Numbered from the stretch's first letter, positions 30,338 through 39,751 are shown. The stretch: 64,000 nucleotides of DNA from an uncultured Armatimonadetes bacterium (GCA_963716175.1 OY970296.1:4448001-4512000), one strand, 5' to 3'. Numbers and translations are program-made. The notes: generated by a model not told the origin, from the letters alone.

Positions 30338-32169
30338 CGAGAGGAGAAGCGGAAGCCGTGACCATCGCCATGAATCGCAGGAAACACGCATGGACGGTCG
30401 TCTCGATCGCACTGCTGCTGGCAGGCGCCGCGGCGGTATGGGCCCAGCATGAGAGCATAGATGACGCCACGCGGGTGCCGCCTGGACTCCGCGCGCCGGC
30501 TGCGGTTCGCCTGTGGGACACCGTGACTCCCCTTCACGGGCAGGCTGACGTGAGGCACAGAAGCAAGTGGCGGCCGCTCGGGGCTGGCGCGCAGGGCCGC
30601 CTCCGCGGCGATCTCGTGATGGAGACAGATGCGCTGGCCGCGGCCTTCGCCTCCCGGCTCGGGAAGGTGCTGGTGTACGCGCCGGCGCGGCCGGCAGAGA
30701 CCAGAGCCACAGTCGTTCCCAGTGGATTCCGCGGCAAGGGGGCCGCTCTCGCCAGCACCAAGATCACCGCATCGAAGGCCGGCGCGGCGATGGTGCAAGC
30801 TGATTTTCGCGCACCGGGCGGGAAAGACCTCCCCATCGCGTTCTCGTTCGTCGGCAACCGCATTCTCACCATCACAGCAGAGGGAAGCACGCGCGGCATC
30901 AGCCTCCTCGCCCCGATCGAGGTGGCCCTCGTGCCCAGCTTCGTCGGAGACGACCTCATCTACGATCTCCGCGACTACCCCTCGGCCAAAACCATCTCCC
31001 CGCCCTCAGAGCACCTCCTCCTCGGTCTCCTTGGGGGCGAGAGCAGCATGCTGGTCATGACCTGGCAGGACGACGCCCCTTCGGTTCGGCTAGCGCTGGG
31101 CAAGTCCAGCCCCAGGAGCGCGAGCATCAGAGCGCTTGACGTAGTGGGCGCGCGCAGCCTGTCGCTGGCCGTGCTGGACGCTCCGGGCATCTGGCACCGG
31201 GAGAAGCTGAAGCCCTCCTTCCTGGAGCGCAACACTGCCATCCTCTGGAAGCCGCCGTTCCCGGCGCTGTGGCTGACGCAGCTCTACGAGGACGAGGTCA
31301 AGACGACCTACGAGTTCAGAGACGCGAAAGAGGAGACGTGGCGGGGTGGAGTAGGTGATTACACCTATCCCGCCTGGTTTTCGCGGGGAAAGACCATGCT
31401 CTCCCTGGGCAAGAAGATCCCGCCTGAAGGCGAAGCGATCATCTACTTCCTGGAGAGAAGCGAGGGCACGCCCCAGCAGGTGCTGGCCCCGATAGATGTG
31501 GTGAGGCGCACGTTGGCAGGTCCGGCATTGGCCAGCGTGCTGGAGGAGGGAGAGAGGCCAACCCGACCAGTCCAGCGGGCCGACGCGGTGATCGGCGGAG
31601 CAACTTGCCACGTCACCGATGTGTTCAAGGAGGTCTTCGACGAGGGCCGAGAGGTGGAGAAGAAGGAGTACATCAAGAGCGGCGTGGAGGATATGCTCTT
31701 CTACCTCGACGTGATGTTCGAGCGCGACGCGCGGTACTATCCCTTCGGCCAGGACATGATCAAGTTCCTGGACGCCCAGGGGAGGCGGCGGCCGGACCTG
31801 GCCCCGTTCATCCACGAAATGCGAACGATTACGGCGGAGATCGTGACCACCTACGACAACGCACGCGATACCATCAGGAATATGGACTACGCGCGCGAGC
31901 TGGCGCAGAAAACCGAGGCCCTCGCGGCCGAGAGAAGGCCGGACAACCCCCAGCGGATGGTCGAGCTGAAGCAGGACTGGACCAGCATGGGGGGCGCGCT
32001 GGAGGAGCTGGCGAGGAAAGAGAACAGCCTCACCAGAAAGCTGTTCCAGCAGGCGGGGTATCGCACGGCGGTCACGCCGCAAGCCTTGCAGCTAGCTGAA
32101 GAGATCAGGGGTCGGGCCAAGAAGTGTCTCGCGAACCCGGAGGACTACGAGATCTGGGCGAACTACTAA
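30334..32169 (+). CDS. Secreted hypothetical protein (611 aa)
   Basis: Long ORF with a signal peptide (AAAVWA) overlapping the upstream stop; no recognised motif. Confidence 0.75.
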   Translation: MTRGEAEAVTIAMNRRKHAWTVVSIALLLAGAAAVWAQHESIDDATRVPPGLRAPAAVRLWDTVTPLHGQADVRHRSKWRPLGAGAQGRLRGDLVMETDALAAAFASRLGKVLVYAPARPAETRATVVPSGFRGKGAALASTKITASKAGAAMVQADFRAPGGKDLPIAFSFVGNRILTITAEGSTRGISLLAPIEVALVPSFVGDDLIYDLRDYPSAKTISPPSEHLLLGLLGGESSMLVMTWQDDAPSVRLALGKSSPRSASIRALDVVGARSLSLAVLDAPGIWHREKLKPSFLERNTAILWKPPFPALWLTQLYEDEVKTTYEFRDAKEETWRGGVGDYTYPAWFSRGKTMLSLGKKIPPEGEAIIYFLERSEGTPQQVLAPIDVVRRTLAGPALASVLEEGERPTRPVQRADAVIGGATCHVTDVFKEVFDEGREVEKKEYIKSGVEDMLFYLDVMFERDARYYPFGQDMIKFLDAQGRRRPDLAPFIHEMRTITAEIVTTYDNARDTIRNMDYARELAQKTEALAAERRPDNPQRMVELKQDWTSMGGALEELARKENSLTRKLFQQAGYRTAVTPQALQLAEEIRGRAKKCLANPEDYEIWANY

Positions 32170-32266
32170 AGAGCTTCGCCGAATGAAGTAACACGGCGAA
32201 GCTCAAGAGGCGGCCCAGACGGGCACAGGGCGGTGTTCGCACATTACTTCGTTGTGCGAACATCAT
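32169..32266 (-). mobile_element. MITE-like element family A (98 nt), copy A2
   Basis: Reverse complement differs from 58751-58848 at 5 of 98 positions; flanked by TA at 32167-68 and 32267-68. Confidence 0.8.
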
Positions 32267-32268
32267 TA

Positions 32269-32394
32269 GAGCGCATTTCAGAACCTACCGGCTGGCTGGC
32301 CGCACCGCGCCTTCGCATGAAATGCGCCTGCCACGGCCTGACGTTGTGCAGTGCTGTTCCATAACCTCCCCTGGGAGGGTTATGAAACAGCTTC
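32269..32394 (+). mobile_element. MITE-like element family B (126 nt), copy B1
   Basis: Ungapped match to 36139-36264 (12 differences by manual count); ends GAGCGCATTTCA...TGAAACAGCTTC; flanked by TA/TA. Confidence 0.8.
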
Positions 32395-32399
32395 TAGCG

Positions 32400-32441
32400 A
32401 GGTGAAGGGTGGAAGTTGGAGGCTGAGAGTGGATAGTGGTA
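32400..32441 (+). repeat. Degenerate purine-rich heptamer tandem repeat (6 units)
   Basis: AGGTGAA GGGTGGA AGTTGGA GGCTGAG AGTGGAT AGTGGTA. Confidence 0.5.
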
Positions 32442-32473
32442 CGGCGCTGCCACCTCTCTGGTATCAGGCAATT

Positions 32474-32515
32474 TCAGATCTCAGATCTCAGATCTCAAAT
32501 CGCAAATCGCAGATC
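32474..32515 (+). repeat. Heptamer tandem repeat (KCARATC x6)
   Basis: TCAGATC x3, TCAAATC, GCAAATC, GCAGATC. Confidence 0.9.
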
Positions 32516-32533
32516 CTACCCCGAGGAGGCATC

Positions 32534-33400
32534 ATGCTGACCACACGACAGGCCCTCGGAAGCCTTGCCCCGAGGTTGCTCTGCTGCGCCGTGCTACTGG
32601 CTGCTCTCGGCCTCGTGCCAGGGGCCTATGGGGAAATCCCGCCCAAGACAGCAAAGACCAGGTCGGGAGTGGAGATGGTCCACCTGCCGGGCGGCTGGTT
32701 CGTGATGGGGGACGCAAAGGGAGCGCCGGACGAGAAGCCCCACAGGGTCTTCGTGGATGCCTTCTACATAGACAAGCACGAGGTCACCCAGGAGCAGTAC
32801 CGGAAGCTCGTGGGGGCTGATTACTCCCGCTGGAAGGACAAGAACGGCCCGGTGGAGCAGGTCACGTGGGCGGCGGCCGCGCGGTACTGCAATGCGCGCT
32901 CGCGCGCGGAGGGCCTCACCCCCTGCTACGACACCAAGACCTGGAAGTGCGACTTCGCCGCAAACGGCTACCGGCTGCCCACGGAAGCGGAATGGGAGTA
33001 TGCTGCGCGGGCTGGCAAGACCTCCAGCTACTTTTTCGGCGATAGCCCCTCGGCCCTGCGGAACTTCGCCTGGGTCAAAGAGAACAGCGGCGGCCGCCCC
33101 CGCGAGGTGGGCAAGAAGCTGCCCAGCCCCTGGGGGTTGTACGACATATACGGGAACGTCTGCGAATGGTGCAACGACTTCTACGCCGTTGACTATTACC
33201 AGAAGAGCCCGGCGAAGAACCCGAGAGGGCCGGCCTCAGGGAGTAAGCGCGTGGTGCGCGGTGGGAGCTGGAACTCCCGCGCCTCTGATTGCCGTTCCTC
33301 CTACCGCTCCTCGGAGAACCCGGCCTACGCCGATGTCTGCATCGGCTACTACGACGTCTATGGCCTCCGCTGCGTGCGAAGCGCAGGCAGCTCCAAGTGA
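32534..33400 (+). CDS. Secreted SUMF1/FGE-sulfatase domain protein
   Basis: GAGGAGG RBS; HEVT, RLPTEAEWEYAARAG, GLYDIYGNVCEW and RGGSW motifs. Confidence 0.9.
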   Translation: MLTTRQALGSLAPRLLCCAVLLAALGLVPGAYGEIPPKTAKTRSGVEMVHLPGGWFVMGDAKGAPDEKPHRVFVDAFYIDKHEVTQEQYRKLVGADYSRWKDKNGPVEQVTWAAAARYCNARSRAEGLTPCYDTKTWKCDFAANGYRLPTEAEWEYAARAGKTSSYFFGDSPSALRNFAWVKENSGGRPREVGKKLPSPWGLYDIYGNVCEWCNDFYAVDYYQKSPAKNPRGPASGSKRVVRGGSWNSRASDCRSSYRSSENPAYADVCIGYYDVYGLRCVRSAGSSK

Positions 33401-33449
33401 GCTGCTCTCCGCCGCCGGAGAAGGCCTGGCAACGGAGGAAGCCTGAAGG

Positions 33450-34745
33450 GTGAGCCAACCCAATATCTTGCACATCATCTGCCATGACCTGGGCCGACAT
33501 CTGCACTGCTACGGCCAGCCGGATGTCTCCAGCCCGCATCTCGACCAGCTAGCGGCTGAAGGCATTCGCTTCCAGGACTGCTTCTCCGCCTCTCCGCCCT
33601 GCAGCCCGGCGCGCGGCTGCATCATGACCGGACGCTACGCGCACAGCAATGGCCAGATCGGCCTCGCCCATCGGGGTTTCGAGCTGCCCGAGCGGGAGCA
33701 GACCATCGCTGACTACCTCAACGCCGCTGGCTACCTGACGGCGAACATCGGCCTCCAGCATGAGCGCGTGGACCCAGTGAAGAACCGCTACCAGACGGAC
33801 GATCACGAGTCCAACCACTGCGAGGTGGTGGCGCAGAAAGCCGCGGCCTTTCTCGCCGACAGAACCGGCAAGCCCGCGCCTCGCTTCTACCTCAATGTCG
33901 GGTTCAGCGAGGTGCATCTGCCCTTCACCCGGCCCGAGTATATCGCTGACCACCCCGACCGCGTCAGCGTTCCGCCCTGGCTGCCGGACAACCAGGGCGT
34001 GCGGGAAGAGCTGGCACGCTTCAACGGTGCCATCCGCTTCATGGACGAGGCGGCGGGGCTGATACTGAGGGCCCTGGATCGAGCCGGCCTCGACCAGAGC
34101 ACGCTCGTGATGTTCACCACCGATCACGGGATGGCCTTCCCCCGCGCCAAGGGGATGCTCTACGACCCGGGGATCGGCACCGCGCTGGTCATGCGCCTAC
34201 CCAGAGGCGAAGGCGGCCGGGGCCTTGTCAGGCCGCACCTGCTCAGCAGCATTGACATCGCGCCTACGCTGCTGGAAGCGGCCGGCATCCCCCCGCCCGA
34301 GCGCATCCAGGGGCGCAGCTTCCTCGGCCTGCTCACTGGGGATGACTACGAACCGCGGGACCGTGTCTTTGCAGAGAAGAACTACCACGACTGCTACGAC
34401 CCGATTCGCAGCATCAGGACCGACCGGTACAAGTACCTCCGGAACTTCGAGACCAGGCCGAAGATCATCCTGGCGAGTGATATGAAGAGGAGCTCGGCTT
34501 CCGATGTCATGTGGCCGTGGGCGAAGCAAGCGCGGGATGCGGAGGAGCTCTACGATCTACACGCCGACCCCGGCGAGATGCGCAACCTCGCCGGCCGGCC
34601 GGAGTGGGAGACGCTGCGCGCCGGCCTGGCGCAACAGCTACACCAGTGGATGGTTCAGACCTGCGATCCTCTGCTGAGCGGCCCGATGGCCGCGCCACCG
34701 GGGGCCCGGGTGGACCCGCCCGACCTGCTTGAGGAGAAGTCCTAG
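33450..34745 (+). CDS. Cys-type sulfatase (S1 family, sulfamidase-like)
   Basis: PNILHIICHDLG, CSPAR (CxPxR) and TDHG..FPRAKG.LYD motifs. Confidence 0.92.
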   Translation: MSQPNILHIICHDLGRHLHCYGQPDVSSPHLDQLAAEGIRFQDCFSASPPCSPARGCIMTGRYAHSNGQIGLAHRGFELPEREQTIADYLNAAGYLTANIGLQHERVDPVKNRYQTDDHESNHCEVVAQKAAAFLADRTGKPAPRFYLNVGFSEVHLPFTRPEYIADHPDRVSVPPWLPDNQGVREELARFNGAIRFMDEAAGLILRALDRAGLDQSTLVMFTTDHGMAFPRAKGMLYDPGIGTALVMRLPRGEGGRGLVRPHLLSSIDIAPTLLEAAGIPPPERIQGRSFLGLLTGDDYEPRDRVFAEKNYHDCYDPIRSIRTDRYKYLRNFETRPKIILASDMKRSSASDVMWPWAKQARDAEELYDLHADPGEMRNLAGRPEWETLRAGLAQQLHQWMVQTCDPLLSGPMAAPPGARVDPPDLLEEKS

Positions 34746-34778
34746 GCCGAGCGCAGGCCTGGCGGCCTGCCCTGGCCC

Positions 34779-35683
34779 TCACGCCCGCGGGTGATAGGCC
34801 TGGTATACCTCCCGCAGGCGGTCCACGGAGACGTGGGTGTAGATCTGAGTGGTGGCGATATCGGCGTGGCCCAGCAGCTCCTGGATGGCTCGGAGGTCGG
34901 CGCCGCCCTCCAGCATGTGGGTGGCGAAGGAGTGGCGCAGAGTGTGAGGTGAGACCGGGGTGCGGATGCCGGCCTGACGAGCGTAGCGGGAGATGATGCG
35001 CCAGAAGGCGACCCGGGTGAGTGGCCGGCCTTTGTTCCCCAAGAAAGGGGAGCCGCGGCGTCGCGGCGGGCGGCCAGGTAGGCCCGCACGGCCGCCAGCG
35101 CGGGCGCCCCGACGGGGACGATGCGCTCTTTCGAGCCTTTCCCCACGCAGCGCACCAGCCCCAACTCCAGGTTGAGGTCGCCTCGCTTCAGCCCCACCGA
35201 TTCCGAGACGCGCAGACCGGCGGCGTAGAGCAGCTCCAGCATGGCGCGGTCGCGCAGGCCGCGCCGGGTGTTGACATCAGGCTGCCTGAGCAGATCCTTC
35301 ACTTCCGCGATGGTGAGGACGGAGGGGAGGCGGCGCAGCAGCCGCGCCGGGGGCAGGTTGGTGGTGGGATCGGCTGGGATCCTCTCCTCTCGCACCAAGT
35401 GCCGATAGAACGCGCGCAGCGCGGAGAGCTTCCGCATCACGGTGGCGGGGGCGGCAGCCGAGCGGCGAAGCTGCCCCAGGTAGGCGATCAGGTGGGATTC
35501 CTTCACCCCCGTGGCCTCACCAATCCCCCGCGACAGCAGGAAACGCAGGTGATGCAGCAAGTCCCGGCGGTACGCCTGGAGGGTGTTAGCAGAGAGCCCG
35601 CGCTCCACCGCCAGGCTGTCGAGGAAAGCCCGCAGTGCGTGGGTGAAAGCAGATGGCAGCGGCGACAGCTCGGTTTGGCTCAT
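34779..35683 (-). CDS. xerD: Site-specific tyrosine recombinase XerD; apparent frameshift near 35044-35050
   Basis: [34 protein letters not shown] and [10 protein letters not shown] in one frame; [12 protein letters not shown] and [16 protein letters not shown] in the next. Confidence 0.9.
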
Positions 35684-35706
35684 CAGACTCAGATACCACG
35701 CCTGGG

Positions 35707-36123
35707 TCAGAGACTCGATTGGCGCGAGCCTTGCCCGGTGGGCCAGCACAGCACGGCAAGACAGCACAGGGCGAGGGCGAGCTGGCCGCGCAGGCCTCGC
35801 ACTTTCCGGCCGTGGAACCTGCTGTGGGTGGGAAGCAACAGCTTCTCGTCCGGAATGTCCAGGGCGCGGGCGACCACGTTCTCGACATCGGGCGCGGCCG
35901 CACCCAGGGCGCCCGCGAACTCCGGCGAGGTGAAACCTCGCGCCGCGGCGACAAGGCCCAGCGCCGTGCCCAGCAGCAAGCCCTCCTCCGCGATCTCCAG
36001 ATCGCGATGAGGCGATAGGTCCAGCGGCAGATGAGACACGAAGCCGAGCGCGAAAGCCTGGCCCGGGGTGCGACAGAACCGGCCGAGGGCGGCGCCGGTG
36101 AGGGCGTGGACAGCAGCGATCAT
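35707..36123 (-). CDS. Small hypothetical membrane protein with His/Asp motifs
   Basis: HALTGA, SHLPLD..PH.D and AAAPD motifs; co-oriented upstream of xerD. Confidence 0.65.
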   Translation of the reverse strand: MIAAVHALTGAALGRFCRTPGQAFALGFVSHLPLDLSPHRDLEIAEEGLLLGTALGLVAAARGFTSPEFAGALGAAAPDVENVVARALDIPDEKLLLPTHSRFHGRKVRGLRGQLALALCCLAVLCWPTGQGSRQSSL

Positions 36124-36138
36124 GGGCTCTGCTGACTT

Positions 36139-36264
36139 GAGCGCATTTCATCACCTACCTGCTGGCTGGCCGCACCACGCCCTCGCATGAAATGCGCCTG
36201 CCGCTGCCTGACCTTGTGCGGTGCTGTTTCATAACCTCCCCTGGGAAGGCTATGAAACAGCTTC
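36139..36264 (+). mobile_element. MITE-like element family B (126 nt), copy B2
   Basis: Same length and ends as 32269-32394; flanks C-TT|element|TT-G. Confidence 0.8.
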
Positions 36265-36317
36265 TTGCCTCGGGATCCGAGACGCCGGGAAGCCTGAGGG
36301 AGAGCTTCCAGCAAGGC

Positions 36318-37328
36318 CTAGCGGGGCCGGGGCTCAGGCTTGACGCCCCGGAGCCAGCACCAGTACTCGTAGATGGTCCACAGGTAGTTGCGGGTCTCGC
36401 GATAGGGGGGAACACCTCCGTAGCGGCTGACCGCGCCGGTGCCGGCATTATACGCGGCCAGCGCGTGAAGCGGGTCGCCCCCGTACCTATCGAGGTTGCG
36501 CTTGATGATCCGGATGGCCACCTCCAGGTTGGCGACCGGATCGTATGGGTCCACGCCGTGCGCGGAGGCGGTGGCCGGCATCAGCTGGCCCAGGCCGGCA
36601 GCCCCTTTGTAGGAGCGAGCATTCGGGTTGAAACGGGACTCTGCGGCGATCACAGCAACCACCAGGAAGTAGTCGCCGACGCCGTAGCGGTCGCAGTAGC
36701 TGATGATGCTATCGGCGATCATGGCAACGTCATTCGCCGACAGCCGTGGGTTGAGATAGGAGATGGCGCGCTTGATGATCAGCGAGACATCGCCACCGCG
36801 GCTGGGCAGCGTGGTGGTGCGGCTGAGCTCTGCCGCGGAGCGAGCGATCTCCTCCTTGTCCTTCACCGGCATCTTCAGCGCGGCCCTGGCGGCCTGGGCG
36901 AGCACATCTATCGGGGTCTTATCCCAGGTCACGTCCACCAGATCGAGGCGAGATCGGCCGGAGGCATCGGCCGGTTTCACCAGGCAGCGCACCCGGCCCT
37001 CGCTCTGAACCTCCGGGCGGACACCTTTGCACTCGATCTCGACCGTCGCCTTGTCCACCAGCTCGAGGATGATGACCCGCTTGTCGCCGGTCTCGAGCAG
37101 GCCCTGGATCACGCCCGAAATCTGAAGCGACCGGCCGGGCTCGGTGCGGCGGGCCTGGTCTAGCTGAGGGCCGCTGACCACATCCAGGGGCTTGAGCAGG
37201 CGAACGGATTTCGCGTACTGCGCCTCTGAGTTCGCAGAAGCGACAGGGGAAGAGCAGAGGAGGACCGTGAGGGCGGCCCAGAAGGCCCCCCGCGTGGACC
37301 GTGTGTGCGAAAGAGCAGGCCGACACAT
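36318..37328 (-). CDS. Secreted lytic transglycosylase (SLT domain)
   Basis: AVIAAESRFNPNARS.KGAAGLGQLMP, ALAAYNAG and PPYRETRNY motifs; start placed at ATG 37328. Confidence 0.9.
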   Translation of the reverse strand: MCRPALSHTRSTRGAFWAALTVLLCSSPVASANSEAQYAKSVRLLKPLDVVSGPQLDQARRTEPGRSLQISGVIQGLLETGDKRVIILELVDKATVEIECKGVRPEVQSEGRVRCLVKPADASGRSRLDLVDVTWDKTPIDVLAQAARAALKMPVKDKEEIARSAAELSRTTTLPSRGGDVSLIIKRAISYLNPRLSANDVAMIADSIISYCDRYGVGDYFLVVAVIAAESRFNPNARSYKGAAGLGQLMPATASAHGVDPYDPVANLEVAIRIIKRNLDRYGGDPLHALAAYNAGTGAVSRYGGVPPYRETRNYLWTIYEYWCWLRGVKPEPRPR

Positions 37329-37337
37329 GGCACAGGG

Positions 37338-37346
37338 ATTATACCA
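37338..37346 (-). promoter_or_regulatory. Extended -10 promoter (TGgTATAAT) of the SLT gene
   Basis: Perfect TGnTATAAT 9 nt upstream of ATG 37328 with no SD sequence, suggesting a very short leader. Confidence 0.55.
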
Positions 37347-37493
37347 CAGTCGCACCCGAGCGGCAAGGCTGACTGCAGAGCGTTCCTCTGCGGCAGGAAG
37401 TAGATAGGCCCAGGCGAAGTCGCAATCAGGTCTGGTGGATCTGTGGTCCACCATCTTGGCACTGTCTGGAGATGGCGAACGTTGGAGGCGCAG

Positions 37494-38432
37494 ATGGCGA
37501 AGATCGCACGAGATATCGTTGAACTCATCGGGAACACGCCCCTGGTGCAGCTCAACCGCGTCACAGATGGAGCGGCGGCGCGCATTCTGGCGAAGCTGGA
37601 GTTCTTCAACCCGGCCGGAAGTGTGAAAGACCGCATCGGTATGTCAATGATCGCGGCGGCGGAGCGTGAGGGGCGGATCACCCCTGGCAAGAGCGTGTTG
37701 GTCGAGCCCACCAGTGGGAACACCGGGATCGCGCTGGCGATGGTGGCGGCGGCCAAGGGCTATCGGCTGATCCTCACCATGCCGGACACGATGAGCCTGG
37801 AACGGCGCGCGCTGCTGCGGGCTTTCGGGGCGGAATTGGTGCTGACGCCCGGGAAGCATGGCATGCGGGGGGCAATAGCGCGAGCGGAGGAGCTGGTAGC
37901 GGAGACCGCTGGGGCCTTCATGCCCCAGCAGTTCAACAACCCGGCCAATCCGCAGGTGCACCGAGAGACAACGGCGGAGGAAATCTGGCGAGACACCGAC
38001 GGCCAGCTCGACATCTTCGTGGCCGGCGTTGGCACAGGAGGCACCATCACCGGGGTGGGCCGGGCGCTCAAGCCTCGCCTCCCCCACCTCCAGGTGATCG
38101 CAGTGGAGCCGGCCGCCTCCCCGGTGCTCTCTGGGGGCGCGCCCGGGCCGCACAAGATACAGGGCATCGGCGCGGGGTTCAAGCCGGAAGTGTTGGACAT
38201 GGGAGTGGTGGACGAAGTGATCACAGTGACCGATGACGATGCCATCACCATGGCTCGCCGCATCATCCGGGAGGAGGGGATTCTCTGCGGGATCTCGTCC
38301 GGCGCCAACACCTGGGCGGCGGTGCAGGTGGCGAAGCGCCCCGAGAACGTGGGGAAGACCATCGTCACCGTGCATCCCAGCACCGGCGAGCGCTATATCT
38401 CCACCGTGCTCTTCGCGGAGTTCAGGGACTGA
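37494..38432 (+). CDS. cysK: Cysteine synthase A
   Basis: [29 protein letters not shown] and HKIQGIG motifs; GGAGG RBS. Confidence 0.97.
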   Translation: MAKIARDIVELIGNTPLVQLNRVTDGAAARILAKLEFFNPAGSVKDRIGMSMIAAAEREGRITPGKSVLVEPTSGNTGIALAMVAAAKGYRLILTMPDTMSLERRALLRAFGAELVLTPGKHGMRGAIARAEELVAETAGAFMPQQFNNPANPQVHRETTAEEIWRDTDGQLDIFVAGVGTGGTITGVGRALKPRLPHLQVIAVEPAASPVLSGGAPGPHKIQGIGAGFKPEVLDMGVVDEVITVTDDDAITMARRIIREEGILCGISSGANTWAAVQVAKRPENVGKTIVTVHPSTGERYISTVLFAEFRD

Positions 38433-38520
38433 CTCGACGCGCCAGAACCCGCGGGAACGGCGCTGGCAGGAGAGGGACTGACGGGAAGAGAACGCTGCGC
38501 TTTCGCGGAGACTGCCGCCG

Positions 38521-39723
38521 ATGGCATCGTGGTCAGGCCTTGCCAAGCCAGTTCGTCACGCGTTGCGCTGGGATGCCACTTCGGGGGCGCTTGGCGGACT
38601 GTTCTCCGGGGCGCTCTTCCCCTTTCTGGGTGTCATCGCGCGGCGCGATCTGCACGCTTCCGCCTATCTGATCGCGCTGCTGAGCGCCTCCGGCGCGGTG
38701 GGCAATCTCTTCAACCCGGTGATAGCCCACCACATCCGGAACCGGGCGAAGCTCCCGCATGCGGTCTGGCCCGCGCTCGCCGGCCGTGCTTGCTTCCTGC
38801 TCATGCCCCTGGCGGTGGTGGCGCCAGCCTACGTCGCGATCTGCTTCCTCGCCAACGCGGTCGCCGCCCTCGCTTCTCCCGCCTACGCCGCGGTGATTCG
38901 AGATGCTTACCCGATGGACCGGCGGGGGCAGCTCATGGGGTGGGTACGGGTGGTAGCCGTTGCCGGGTCCATGATCGGCGCTCTGGCGGGAGGTTTCGCC
39001 CTGGCGAGAGTCAGCTTTCGCTGGGCCTTCCCGATGGCAGCGGCAGTAGGGCTACTGGCCAGCATGGCCTTCTCTCGCATCGGCGTGCCTGCGGCCCCGG
39101 AAGGGCCGGCATCACCGAGGCCCGGAATGCTGGAGAGCTACAAGCTGGTCCGGGCCGATCGCACGTTCGGGCTCTACTCCACCTGCTTCTACCTCTATGG
39201 CTTCGGCAACCTGATCATGGGGCCTGTGGTCCCGGTCTTCCAGGTGGATGTGCTCAAGATCAGCCCGCAGTGGGTCGGCTATCTGGCCATGGTGGCTTCG
39301 GCCTCGAGCATGTTGGGATATCTCTACTGGGGCCGGGTGCTGGACCGGCACGGGCCGTTCCGCCTGATGCTGATGGTGATCTCGGTGATCTCGCTCATGC
39401 CGGTCACCTACTTCTTCGCCCGAGGGGTGCCGGTGCTGCTGATCGCAGCCGCAGCAAGCGGGTTCGCCATGTCCGGTGGAGACCTGGGATACGTGAACGC
39501 GGCGATGTGCTTCGGCCCGCGCCACGCAGCCGCGGCCTATGCCGGGATGTTCGCTTTCCTCCAGGCCTGCCGGGGTATCCCCGGTCCGTTCGTCGGGGCG
39601 GCGCTGAGCAACCTGGTGGGCCCGCGTCCCGTGTTTCTGGTCGCGCTGGGCCTGTGGGCAGTCGCGGTCACGGTCCTGGTAACGCGAGGAGGGCTGCGGA
39701 TCAGGCCGCAGCAGGACGGGTGA
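38521..39723 (+). CDS. MFS transporter
   Basis: About 12 hydrophobic segments; YP.DRRG and WGRVLDRHG loop motifs. Confidence 0.88.
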   Translation: MASWSGLAKPVRHALRWDATSGALGGLFSGALFPFLGVIARRDLHASAYLIALLSASGAVGNLFNPVIAHHIRNRAKLPHAVWPALAGRACFLLMPLAVVAPAYVAICFLANAVAALASPAYAAVIRDAYPMDRRGQLMGWVRVVAVAGSMIGALAGGFALARVSFRWAFPMAAAVGLLASMAFSRIGVPAAPEGPASPRPGMLESYKLVRADRTFGLYSTCFYLYGFGNLIMGPVVPVFQVDVLKISPQWVGYLAMVASASSMLGYLYWGRVLDRHGPFRLMLMVISVISLMPVTYFFARGVPVLLIAAAASGFAMSGGDLGYVNAAMCFGPRHAAAAYAGMFAFLQACRGIPGPFVGAALSNLVGPRPVFLVALGLWAVAVTVLVTRGGLRIRPQQDG

Positions 39724-39751
39724 TCACGCTGCCACCAATCCGGGAGGGCGA

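Noticed and set aside
32166-32515. CRISPR array or integron attC interpretation of the repeats
   Set aside because: No constant repeat alternating with unique spacers, no cas genes and no RYYYAAC/GTTRRRY cores; the copies are dispersed and have target duplications.
36155-36314. Short ORFs overlapping the MITE-like elements (also the 32351 N-terminal extension and 58751..58945)
   Set aside because: They are translations of the non-coding repeats; the frames are not shared between copies.
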